Made by a program: the position numbers and the translations under genes
Notes under the pieces: generated by a model
What the model saw: the letters and a program-made list of their open reading frames with translations, nothing else
Database searches by the model: none
What the model was told of the DNA's origin: nothing
Source of the DNA: a bacterium
Lineage (GTDB): Bacteria; Acidobacteriota; Blastocatellia; HR10
Length of the DNA stretch: 17,976 nt
Reading direction: 5' to 3'
Assembly: GCA_041640655.1 (NCBI GenBank)
Contig: JBEPZV010000046.1
Location: 1-17,976, forward strand
Shown here: one piece after another, positions 7,075 through 15,586 of the stretch
Layout: each line of letters opens with the position of its first letter
How positions within the stretch are numbered: the stretch's first letter is position 1

Positions 7075-9809
7075 AGTCGAAATTCCATGGCCGACTCGCG
7101 CCTTCTCTCTCCGCATCGCTCGCCGTGGCGACCTTCGCGGGGACCTTTCTTCTCTCGGGATTGCTCGTGGTGCTGGATTATCACAGGCAGAAGGCCGCGG
7201 CGCGAGAAGAGGTCTACACGGATGCCGCCAATCTGGCGGGCAACCTGCGATACCCCGTTCAGATGCTGCTCGTTCGTCAGGATCACGGGATGTTGCGCTC
7301 GGTGCTCGAGAGCGCGGCGGGCGACCGCCGGGTGAAGCAGGCCCTTCTCATTGATCGGAGGCAGCGCATCCTGGCGGCTCATCGGTCCGATGTGGTCGGG
7401 CGAGAGGTCCAGGCGGTCCTCCCCGAAGCGCTTCCGCTGATACAGCGGGCGTTGAAGGAGAAACGCCCGCTGTACCAACCGCTCGCGAGTGCCTCCTTGT
7501 ACCTCGCGCTCATGCCGATTTCAACCACGGCCGAACAATACTTCCAGACGGAAGCGGCGGCCGTCCTATTGCTCGCTTTCGACACAGCGTTCCTCGATGC
7601 GCGCTTGAAGACCCAGCTGAGCGTGAGCCTGCTGACCCACGCCCTCAATGGCACGATCTTCGCGCTGCTGATCTTCCTGATCCTGGAACAGGTGGTGACG
7701 ACTCCGATCCGCCGCCTGGCGAAGGCGCTGCGCCAGGTTCAAGGGGGCGATCTGCGCGCGCGCGTGCGCATCCCCCGCGTGATCGAGCTGGGCGAGGTGG
7801 CCCATGCGTTCAACGAGCTGGTCCTCCGGCTGCGCGCATATTATGAGGAGCTGCAGCGCCAGCACCGCGAGCTGGAAGCGTTACACCACACCACCGAACG
7901 GATGAAGGAACAATATCGCCAGCTTGTGGAGCTGGCCCAAGAGGGGATCCTCATCGCAGACGCCAACGAGCTCATCCGCTATGTGAACCCCGCCTTCGCC
8001 CGTGCCCTGGGGTACGCCGAGGAGGAACTGATCGGGCGCTCTATCCTGAGCCTGATACCGGAAGAGGATCGTCCGCGGGTGACTGCCGAGACGGAGAAGC
8101 GACGGAGGGGGGAAAGCTCCCGCTACGAGGTGCGCATGCGAACGAAGGAGGGCGAGCTGCGAGACTTCCTCATCGCCGCCGCTCCCCTGTGGGATGAGGC
8201 GGGGACCTTCGCGGGCGCCTTGGCCGTGACGGTGGACATCACGGAGTTGAAGCGAAAAGAGGAGGCCCTCCGCCGTTCGGAGGAGCGATACAGCGATCTC
8301 TACAACAATGCCCCCGACGGCTACCACACGCTCGCTCCCGATGGCACGTTTCTGGAGATCAACGAGACGGAACTCCGGTGGCTCGGCTACCGGCGAGAGG
8401 AGGTCGTCGGGCAACTCACATTCGGCGATGTGCTGGATGAGCGCAGCCGACGTATCTTCGAGCACGCCCTCGTCTCCCTCAAGGAGGGGGGGACGGTCCG
8501 CGAACTGGAGCTGGAGATGGTTCGCCGCGATGGGACGCACTTCGCCGTACGCGTGAACATGACGGTGGAGGGCGATGAACAGGGCGCGCTCCGCTACCGG
8601 GCGACCGTGCGCGACGTGACCGAACAGAAGAGCTTGGAGAAGCAGCTCATGCACGCGCAGAAGTTGGAATCCATCGGCGCGTTGGCCGGGGGGATCGCTC
8701 ATGATTTCAACAACCTCCTGACGGGCATGCTCGGGTTCACCGAATTGGCCTTGCGAGAGCTCGACCCTCGGGACCCGCGTCGCGAATTGCTGCAGAACGT
8801 GCTCACTCTGGGACAGCGCGGTGCCCGGCTCGTCCGTCAACTCTTGACCTTCAGTCGGCGCATCGAGGTGCATCGCACCACGCTCGACGTGCGGGAATTC
8901 TTGAAGGAGATGGTCGGCCTGCTGCAACGCGTCTTGCCAGAGACGATCGCCGTTCGCCTGGACGTCTCCGAGCATATCGGATCGCTCGAGGCCGATCCCG
9001 TGGGGTTACAACAGGTCCTGATGAACCTCGCCGTGAACGCGCGCGACGCCATGCCGGATGGCGGAACGCTCACGATCTCATGTGCGCCGGTCACGCTCGC
9101 GAAGCCGGGAGTCCCACCACTCCCCCCGGATGCCCCGCCGGGCGCATACTTGCGCCTCTCGGTCGCGGACACGGGGATCGGAATGACGCCGGAGGTGCAA
9201 GCGCGCATCTTCGAGCCCTTCTTCACGACAAAGGAGGTCGGGAAGGGATCGGGGCTCGGCCTCTCGGTCGTTTACGGGATCGTGCGCGCTCACGGCGGAT
9301 TCATCACCGTCGAGAGCGCACCCGGTCTCGGAAGTCGGTTCGACCTCTACCTGCCTCTCACCGAACGCACGGCGATCCCCAGGGGAGGGGGGAGTACAAC
9401 TCCCCTGATCCGAGGCGCGGACGAGCTGATCCTCCTGGCCGACGACGAGCCGGTTCTTCTCGATCTTGAAGAGAAGGTTCTTCGCGCGCATGGTTATCGC
9501 GTCCTGAAGGCGCGCGATGGACAAGAAGCGCTGAGGCTCTATGAGGACCATCAGCGGGAGATCGCCGCGATCGTCTTGGACGCCCTGATGCCGGGGGTCA
9601 CAGGGATCGAAGCCGCCCGCCGGATTCGAGAGCGGGACGCGCGGGCGCGAATCCTCTTGGTCACCGGATACAACCCGGAAGAGAGCGGTCTCAACGGCAT
9701 TCGCGTGGAGAACGTGCACATCCTGCAAAAGCCATACACGCCACGACAGCTCCTGGAGACCATCGGGCACCTGTTGGGGAAGTCGCAGCAAGCCCCACTC
9801 CCGGCATGA
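7071..9809 (+). CDS. Membrane hybrid sensor histidine kinase (TM-periplasmic Cache-like-TM-HAMP-PAS-PAS-HisKA-HATPase-REC), 912 aa
   Basis: Two hydrophobic segments; HAMP (PIRRLAKALRQVQGGDL...ELGEVAHAFNEL); two PAS domains; H-box GIAHDFNNLL, N-box MNLAVNARDAM, DTGIGM, FEPFFTTK, GSGLGL; REC with LADDE/LDALMP/TGY/QKPY. True start is ATG 7071, not 6510. Confidence 0.95.
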   Translation: MKSKFHGRLAPSLSASLAVATFAGTFLLSGLLVVLDYHRQKAAAREEVYTDAANLAGNLRYPVQMLLVRQDHGMLRSVLESAAGDRRVKQALLIDRRQRILAAHRSDVVGREVQAVLPEALPLIQRALKEKRPLYQPLASASLYLALMPISTTAEQYFQTEAAAVLLLAFDTAFLDARLKTQLSVSLLTHALNGTIFALLIFLILEQVVTTPIRRLAKALRQVQGGDLRARVRIPRVIELGEVAHAFNELVLRLRAYYEELQRQHRELEALHHTTERMKEQYRQLVELAQEGILIADANELIRYVNPAFARALGYAEEELIGRSILSLIPEEDRPRVTAETEKRRRGESSRYEVRMRTKEGELRDFLIAAAPLWDEAGTFAGALAVTVDITELKRKEEALRRSEERYSDLYNNAPDGYHTLAPDGTFLEINETELRWLGYRREEVVGQLTFGDVLDERSRRIFEHALVSLKEGGTVRELELEMVRRDGTHFAVRVNMTVEGDEQGALRYRATVRDVTEQKSLEKQLMHAQKLESIGALAGGIAHDFNNLLTGMLGFTELALRELDPRDPRRELLQNVLTLGQRGARLVRQLLTFSRRIEVHRTTLDVREFLKEMVGLLQRVLPETIAVRLDVSEHIGSLEADPVGLQQVLMNLAVNARDAMPDGGTLTISCAPVTLAKPGVPPLPPDAPPGAYLRLSVADTGIGMTPEVQARIFEPFFTTKEVGKGSGLGLSVVYGIVRAHGGFITVESAPGLGSRFDLYLPLTERTAIPRGGGSTTPLIRGADELILLADDEPVLLDLEEKVLRAHGYRVLKARDGQEALRLYEDHQREIAAIVLDALMPGVTGIEAARRIRERDARARILLVTGYNPEESGLNGIRVENVHILQKPYTPRQLLETIGHLLGKSQQAPLPA

Positions 9810-9872
9810 AGCACCACTCCCCGCTCGCTTCGCGCCAGGCGCGCGAAGAGCGATCGAGAAAGGAGTTCGGCG

Positions 9873-11897
9873 ATGGCGAAACGCATTCTCGTTGTCGACG
9901 ACTCGCCGATCGAACTGAAGCTCACGGCGAGGATCCTCGACCAAGCCGGCTACGAGGTCCTCACAGCGACGAATGGGGCGCGCGCGCTCGCGCTCGCGCG
10001 CGAGACCCAGCCGGACTTGGTGCTCCTCGATCTCAACATGCCGCAGATGGACGGCTATGAGGTCTGTCGAAGGCTGAAGGAGGACGAGGCGACGCGCGCC
10101 GTTCCGGTCGTCCTCTACAGCGTGCGCGATCAGATTGTGGATGTGCTGCGCGGGCTCGAAGTCGGCGCTGAGGACTTCATCGTCAAAGGCACGCGGCGCG
10201 ACGAACTGCTCGCGCGCGTGCATCGCATCCTTCGGCGCGAGCGCGAGATCCCGCCGCTTGATCTCTCCGCGCTCGACGAAGCCCTCACCTGCCCGGAGGC
10301 TGAACCGATCGCCCGACTGCTAGAGGACACGTTTCATCGCCACGTGCGCCCCTGCTTGAACGCGCTCTTCGGCGTCCACCCAGCACTCCTTCTGATCGAA
10401 TGCGCCCGGCGACAAGCCGCCGAGCGCGCCCGACTCCTCCTCCCGGAGCACGGGGCATCGGACGCGGCGCTCTTCGATCCTCGCCGCGTGCGCCATGCCT
10501 CGACGGCCGAAGTGCTCGACGCGTTCAAAGCGTTCGCGTCTGAACTCCTGCTCGTCACGGCCAAGCTCGCTAACACCCGCATCTACGGCCCGCGAGAAAT
10601 GGATGAGGTGCTCCGGGCGTTCAAAACCATGCTCCACACCTTCTCCGAGCACCTTCACACCTGGCGTTCCCCATCGCCCGGCGGAACGAAGGCCCATCCC
10701 CCACGGCTCGAACCGAGTGGCGGCCCGCCCTCGACCGATGCCCCGACGGCTTTCACCTTCCTCCTCGATGCCGAGGGGCGGCTGCAGAATCTCGATGAAG
10801 ACCTGGCGAAGGCTCTCGGATATGAGAGGGCGGAACTCCTCGAAGCCTCCCTCGCCTCGCTCCTCCCCGACGCCGAGCGCGAAGCGCTTCAGGCGCTCCT
10901 GCGTGACGTCCGAACGCAGGGAAAGGCCGAGGGCAGGCTCATGCTGCGACGGCGGGATGGAACGCTCCTCCCGATCGCGCTCTCCTCACACGCGCTCTTC
11001 GACAGGCAGGGGAACCTCGTCCTCTCTCAACATCAGGCGAAGCGGCTCTCCGAAACTGCAGAGTGGACAGAACAGTTACGCCAGCTCCAGCACGAGTGCG
11101 ACCGCCTGCGCGAAGAACTTCAACGCGCCCACGCCGAGCATGAGACATTCCTGCACATCATCTCTCACGACCTTCGGCAGCCGCTGCAGATCATCTTGAA
11201 CGCCGCGCAGCTGCTTGAAGAAGAGGGCGGGACGCGGCTGGACGATTCCGCGCGCGAATACCTCACGGCGATCGAGCGCGCAGCCCTTCGCCTGCGCGAG
11301 ATGATCGGCGATCTCCTGAAACTCGCCCACATCACGCCCGAGGCCCTTCGTCGAGAGCCGACCGATGTGGGACGTCTCCTGGAGGAGATTCGCGAGACCG
11401 TATCCCCACTTCTGGAAGAACGCAACGCCTGGCTCACGCTCACCGGCCCCTGGCCCATCATCCTCGCGGACGCCGCCCATCTGCGTCTGGTCTTCCTCCA
11501 CCTCCTTCAGAACGCGCTCACGTTCAATGACAAGCCGCGCCCGCTCGTCGAGATCGGGTGCGCGCCGACCGCCGATCCGGAGCACACGTTCTACGTGCGC
11601 GATAATGGGATCGGCATCGAAGCCCAGCATTGGGAGCGAATCTTCCACGTCTTCCAGCGGGTGCATTCCGAGGAGGAATTTCCCGGACGAGGCGTGGGAC
11701 TCGCGCTCTGCAAGCGGATCATCGAGGCGCATGGCGGACGCATCTGGGTCGAATCCACGCCGGGTGTCGGCAGCACGTTCTTCTTCACCCTCCCGGCGGC
11801 GAACCTCCCCAAAGAGAGCCTGGCTCTGTCGGAACTGTCCGAAGGCGGCGGGATTCATGCGGAGAGGGTTCGCGAAGCCCCCCTCTCGCGAGGATGA
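9873..11897 (+). CDS. Cytoplasmic REC-(unknown helical domain)-PAS-histidine kinase, 674 aa
   Basis: SD AAGGAG; N-terminal REC (VVDDS, LLDLNMPQMDGYEVCRRLK); PAS; H-box ISHDLRQPL; NALTF, DNGIGI, IFHVFQR, GRGVGLALCKRI..HGGRIWVES.PG.GSTFFFTLP; no TM segment seen. Confidence 0.93.
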   Translation: MAKRILVVDDSPIELKLTARILDQAGYEVLTATNGARALALARETQPDLVLLDLNMPQMDGYEVCRRLKEDEATRAVPVVLYSVRDQIVDVLRGLEVGAEDFIVKGTRRDELLARVHRILRREREIPPLDLSALDEALTCPEAEPIARLLEDTFHRHVRPCLNALFGVHPALLLIECARRQAAERARLLLPEHGASDAALFDPRRVRHASTAEVLDAFKAFASELLLVTAKLANTRIYGPREMDEVLRAFKTMLHTFSEHLHTWRSPSPGGTKAHPPRLEPSGGPPSTDAPTAFTFLLDAEGRLQNLDEDLAKALGYERAELLEASLASLLPDAEREALQALLRDVRTQGKAEGRLMLRRRDGTLLPIALSSHALFDRQGNLVLSQHQAKRLSETAEWTEQLRQLQHECDRLREELQRAHAEHETFLHIISHDLRQPLQIILNAAQLLEEEGGTRLDDSAREYLTAIERAALRLREMIGDLLKLAHITPEALRREPTDVGRLLEEIRETVSPLLEERNAWLTLTGPWPIILADAAHLRLVFLHLLQNALTFNDKPRPLVEIGCAPTADPEHTFYVRDNGIGIEAQHWERIFHVFQRVHSEEEFPGRGVGLALCKRIIEAHGGRIWVESTPGVGSTFFFTLPAANLPKESLALSELSEGGGIHAERVREAPLSRG

Positions 11898-11900
11898 AGC

Positions 11901-12830
11901 TCAACTCTCCACCTCGACGTCCGATCGGGAGACGGCGCGTCCGGTCGTATCCACATCGAGGATCAGCGACCGGGCGGACACGCCGTGACGCTCGAAGCAC
12001 GCGACCAGCTCCTCGCCGATCTTTCGGAAATTGCTCGACGCGATGGCGACAACCGTCGGTCCGGCCCCGCTCAGCGCCACGCCGACCAGGCCATCCACAT
12101 CGCGAATCTGCAAGACATCGGAGAGGCCGGGAACCAAGCTCTGCCGATACGGCTGATGCACGCGATCGCGCATGGCCTCGCGAACCAAATCGAATCGGTG
12201 ACGGCGCAACGCCGGCCAAAAGAGCGCGACGCGCTGCAGATTGAAGATGACATCCTGCAGCGGGATCTGCTCGGGCAGAACGCTCCGCGCCGTCTCCGTG
12301 GCCAGCAGCACGTCGGGGACGACAGCGACGATCTTCAGCTCCGGAGGCCATTCGTCCTGAATATATCGCACCTTCCCATCTTCCGTCCGACAGGTGAGGA
12401 CAAGCGAGCCGACGGCCGACGGCGTCACGTTATCGGCATGGCCCTCAAGTTCGCAGGCATAGGCGAGCAACTTCTCCTCACCGAGCACGCGCCCGGTCAT
12501 CGCCTCGAAGGCCGTCAGGCCCGCGACGATGGCCGCTCCACTTCCCCCGAGGCCACGGGCGACCGGGATCTGGTTCTCGATCAGCAGACGCACCTTCGGC
12601 ACCGCGACCCCCTCGCGCTCCCCGGCGAACTGCATCGCGCGCACGATCATGTTCCGCTCATCGGTCGGGATGAGCGAGGCGTCCACCCCCTCCACGAACA
12701 CTTCGTGTGCGGGTGCGGTAGCATTCAACTTCTCCACGCGAACCTTCAGATACACGCGGAGCGCTAATCCCACCGTATCGAAGCCCGCTCCGAGATTGGA
12801 TGTTGAACCCGGTACTCGGATCTCGATCAT
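11901..12830 (-). CDS. thrB: Homoserine kinase (GHMP family)
   Basis: RVPGSTSNLGAGFDTVGLAL, IPVARGLGGSGAA, EGHADNV, DRVHQPYR, LSGAGPT; start ATG 12830. Confidence 0.95.
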   Translation of the reverse strand: MIEIRVPGSTSNLGAGFDTVGLALRVYLKVRVEKLNATAPAHEVFVEGVDASLIPTDERNMIVRAMQFAGEREGVAVPKVRLLIENQIPVARGLGGSGAAIVAGLTAFEAMTGRVLGEEKLLAYACELEGHADNVTPSAVGSLVLTCRTEDGKVRYIQDEWPPELKIVAVVPDVLLATETARSVLPEQIPLQDVIFNLQRVALFWPALRRHRFDLVREAMRDRVHQPYRQSLVPGLSDVLQIRDVDGLVGVALSGAGPTVVAIASSNFRKIGEELVACFERHGVSARSLILDVDTTGRAVSRSDVEVES

Positions 12831-12862
12831 CGCTGCGCGTACTCCCCAACAGCCTCCACAAT

Positions 12863-14416
12863 TCAACTCAGTGCAGTATACACGCGCTCTCTCAGGGCAT
12901 CAAGCGGCGGATGAAGGCCCGTCCAGAGCCGAAACTGCTCGGCCGCCTGGCGCAGGAACATCTCCACGCCGGAGAGAACCGGACATCCCATCTGTTTCGC
13001 CCGGCGCAGCAGGGGTGTCTCCAAGGGGTTGTAGACGAGATCGTACACCAGAGGCCGATGGCGCAGCGCCTCCTCAGGGATCAGCTCCTGCTCCGGATAC
13101 CCCGACATCCCAACGGGCGTGGCGTGGATCAAAACGTCGAACGAATGCGCGGCCAGTTCGGCCAGCGCATAGGCTTTCGCCCCGATCGCTTCCGCCAGCT
13201 CCCGGACACGCTCCAGACGTCGCCCGAAGAGGAGCACACGCGCGCCGCGCGCGCGCACGCCGTAGGCCAGTGCGCGCGCAGCCCCTCCCGCTCCCACGAT
13301 CGCCACGCGCGCTCCCTCCAGAGCGATGCGCTCGGCCAACGGCTCCGTCCCCCCCGCGACATCGGTGTTGTGGCCCACAAGACGCTCTCCCTCGACGACG
13401 ATCGTATTCGCCGCGCCGACGCATCGCACCATGGACTCCACATCGTCCAAGAAGTTCAGGACCGCGAGCTTATGCGGGATCGTGACACTCAAGCCACGCA
13501 GCCGCCACGGCATCTGCCGCGTCTCCGGTCGCACGAAATCGCGCATGAAGCGATCGAGCGCCGCGACTTCAAGCGGCACGTACACGAAATCCAATCCGAG
13601 GAGACGGAATCCCGTATTGTGCACCAGCGGCGAGAGGGAATGGCCGATGGGATGCCCGATCACCCCCGCGACGACCGTTTGCCGCCCGAGTTCCGTGACC
13701 CGATAGAGCGCGCGCAATTCCGAGACGGGGATCTGTCCGGGAGCTGTCTCGCGCCCGGTTGCGGCCGCACCATAGGTGAAGGCGCTGCCGTAGGCCACGC
13801 CGAGAATGCGTGTCAGAAGTCCTGCCCTCCCCATCGCGATCCCCACCAGCTCCCTCCCCTCCTGCCGAGCGCGCTCCAGGAGGCGAAAGATGAGGAGCGA
13901 ATCCCCAATATCGTGAGCAAAGAGGGCGAGCTTCAGAAACCGCGCCGGAACGGCACGCACCCGCTCGTACAGGGCCAGGACATCCTCCCACCGCACCGCG
14001 TCATACCGATGGTGCGAGAGGATCACCCGCTCCCAGGGGAGAACGCCCGAACGCTCGGGTGGGGCAGCATGGAGGAACGCCTCGACGAGATCCATCTCCA
14101 GATCGTAGAAGAGGCGCGCGCGCACCTCCCCCCGCTGCTCCGCCCACGCGATCACCTTCGACCAGAATCGCAATCGTTCGGAGAGCGATGCAGCCGCATA
14201 CCCCCCTTCCTCACGAGGCCGATACGTCAGAATGATCGGCTTCGCCGTCGCCCCCACGACCGGAGCGAGAACCGATGTGGGGTCCCCCACCGGATGTCTC
14301 CCGAGCGCATCCAGGCGCAGCTCGACTCCATCGGCGACTTCGTCCACCGACGCCATCACCGCCAGCGCGCGCTCCAGCGTCGGCTCCGCCACAGACGCGA
14401 CGAGCTTCATGGACAT
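12863..14416 (-). CDS. aroE: Bifunctional type I 3-dehydroquinate dehydratase / shikimate dehydrogenase (AroD-AroE fusion)
   Basis: N-half: VELRLD, LTYRPREEGG, DLE, ILSHH, FLKLA, IAMG..G..TR, APGQ. C-half: GHPIGHSLSPLVHN, SVTIPHK, GAANT, HNTD, GAGGAARA, YDLVYNP.ETPLL, GVEMFLRQA..QF. Start ATG 14416 or 14410. Confidence 0.93.
   Translation of the reverse strand: MSMKLVASVAEPTLERALAVMASVDEVADGVELRLDALGRHPVGDPTSVLAPVVGATAKPIILTYRPREEGGYAAASLSERLRFWSKVIAWAEQRGEVRARLFYDLEMDLVEAFLHAAPPERSGVLPWERVILSHHRYDAVRWEDVLALYERVRAVPARFLKLALFAHDIGDSLLIFRLLERARQEGRELVGIAMGRAGLLTRILGVAYGSAFTYGAAATGRETAPGQIPVSELRALYRVTELGRQTVVAGVIGHPIGHSLSPLVHNTGFRLLGLDFVYVPLEVAALDRFMRDFVRPETRQMPWRLRGLSVTIPHKLAVLNFLDDVESMVRCVGAANTIVVEGERLVGHNTDVAGGTEPLAERIALEGARVAIVGAGGAARALAYGVRARGARVLLFGRRLERVRELAEAIGAKAYALAELAAHSFDVLIHATPVGMSGYPEQELIPEEALRHRPLVYDLVYNPLETPLLRRAKQMGCPVLSGVEMFLRQAAEQFRLWTGLHPPLDALRERVYTALS
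12875..12903 (-). promoter_or_regulatory. Near-consensus sigma70 promoter for thrB inside the 3' end of aroDE
   Basis: Minus strand TTGATG (12903-12898), 17 nt, TATACT (12880-12875). Confidence 0.6.
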
Positions 14417-14425
14417 AACTTCGGC

Positions 14426-14469
14426 ACTATAGCACATCCTCATCCCGACGAGGAACCTTGTGCTATACT
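14426..14469. promoter_or_regulatory. Divergent pair of extended -10 promoters forming an 11-bp inverted repeat
   Basis: Minus strand TGTGCTATAGT (14436-14426) and plus strand TGTGCTATACT (14459-14469), 22 bp apart. Confidence 0.65.
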
Positions 14470-14493
14470 TCCCCCGAGACGGGGAGTCGGAAG

Positions 14494-15321
14494 ATGCGCG
14501 TGCTGCGGATCGTCAATCGAAGGCTTCGAGGGCCCGCGTGGGTCTTCTCGCTCGTTCTGATGAGCGGGAGCCACCCACTGGCCCAGGCCCCTCAAGCGCC
14601 GCCGACGGCCGATATTCGCATCAAGCCTGCGCAGATTCGCGTGGACGCCAGCGTGGGCGAGGATAAGGCCGTTCGCGAACTAGTCGCCCGCTACGGGGAG
14701 CGCCTTCGAGCCGAGATGCGCACCGTCATCGGACGCGCGGGGCAAGACCTGGTCAAGGGCCTCGGCGGCGGATCGCTTGGCGCCTTCGTCGCCGACGTGA
14801 TCCGTCGCACGGCGGAGCAGAGCACGGGAGAACCCGTGCACGCCGCCCTGCAGAATTCCGGCGGCTTGCGCCGTCCCATCGCGCGGGGGAAGATCACGCT
14901 GGGGACGATCTACGAGGTCATGCCCTTCGAGAATCAGATCGTTGTCCTGGAGATCTCCGGCGAGACGCTTCTGGCGCTCCTGCGGCACCTGGTCGCGCGC
15001 GGCAACGAACAGGTCACCGACGCCATCTCCGGCATTCACATCGTCGCCTGCCGGGGGGAATTGCGGGCGGCCTCTCTGGATGGCCGACCGATTGATCCGC
15101 ACGCCGTCTATCGGTTGGCCACGTCCGACTATCTGTACCAGGGAGGCGCCGGATATGCGATGCTCGCGACGGCCCGTCGCGTCATCCCCACAGGGGTGAC
15201 CATCCGCGATGCCTTGATTGCTTTCATCCGAAGCGAACAGGCCGCCGGTCGCGAGATCACCGCATCGGCCACCGATCGCTTCCGCCTGGAATGCCCGGAG
15301 GACTCCCCACGCGACCGATGA
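14494..15321 (+). CDS. Exported protein with only a 5'-nucleotidase C-terminal domain
   Basis: SD GGGGAG; signal-like N-terminus; LGAFVADVIR, ALQNSGGLRRPI..GKITLGTIYEVMPFENQIV, ISG, YRLATSDYLYQGGAGY, IRDALI; no metallophosphoesterase motifs. Confidence 0.88.
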   Translation: MRVLRIVNRRLRGPAWVFSLVLMSGSHPLAQAPQAPPTADIRIKPAQIRVDASVGEDKAVRELVARYGERLRAEMRTVIGRAGQDLVKGLGGGSLGAFVADVIRRTAEQSTGEPVHAALQNSGGLRRPIARGKITLGTIYEVMPFENQIVVLEISGETLLALLRHLVARGNEQVTDAISGIHIVACRGELRAASLDGRPIDPHAVYRLATSDYLYQGGAGYAMLATARRVIPTGVTIRDALIAFIRSEQAAGREITASATDRFRLECPEDSPRDR

Positions 15322-15348
15322 GCGCCCGCGATCCCTGATCCCGTTCGT

Positions 15349-15561
15349 TCACTTCACGACGAAGCCCAGCGGCTTCTCCCTCTCCTTGACCTCCCAGAAG
15401 GCATGGATCTTGTCGAGCGCCACATAGACGACCGTTCCCTCCTCATCCTTCAATCTGGCGACGCCATCCACGATGTCCTCCAGCGTCCCCCGGACGGCGG
15501 AAGGGCCACCGTAGTGAACCTCGATCGTCTTTCCGATGTGCTCGGCCAGGATCTGCTTCAC
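15349..15561 (-). CDS. Small Sm/LSm-like beta-barrel protein (resembles MM0924 family), 70 aa
   Basis: SD GGAGGTG then GTG 15561; MKQILAEHIGKTIEVHYGGPSAVRGTLEDIVDGVARLKDEEGTVVYVALDKIHAFWEVKEREKPLGFVVK. Family from recalled resemblance. Confidence 0.75.
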   Translation of the reverse strand: MKQILAEHIGKTIEVHYGGPSAVRGTLEDIVDGVARLKDEEGTVVYVALDKIHAFWEVKEREKPLGFVVK

Positions 15562-15586
15562 GACTTCCACCTCCCGCCGACATCGC

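Noticed and set aside
9806..10060. 84-aa ORF overlapping the kinase stop (ATGA)
   Set aside because: Mostly out-of-frame overlap with the REC domain starting at 9873, which has its own SD.
12800..14560. 586-aa plus-strand ORF antisense to aroDE (likewise 4050-5447, 7881-8975, 9078-10223, 11985-12767, 15536-16549)
   Set aside because: All mirror well-supported genes and lack family motifs; stop codons are scarce at this GC content.
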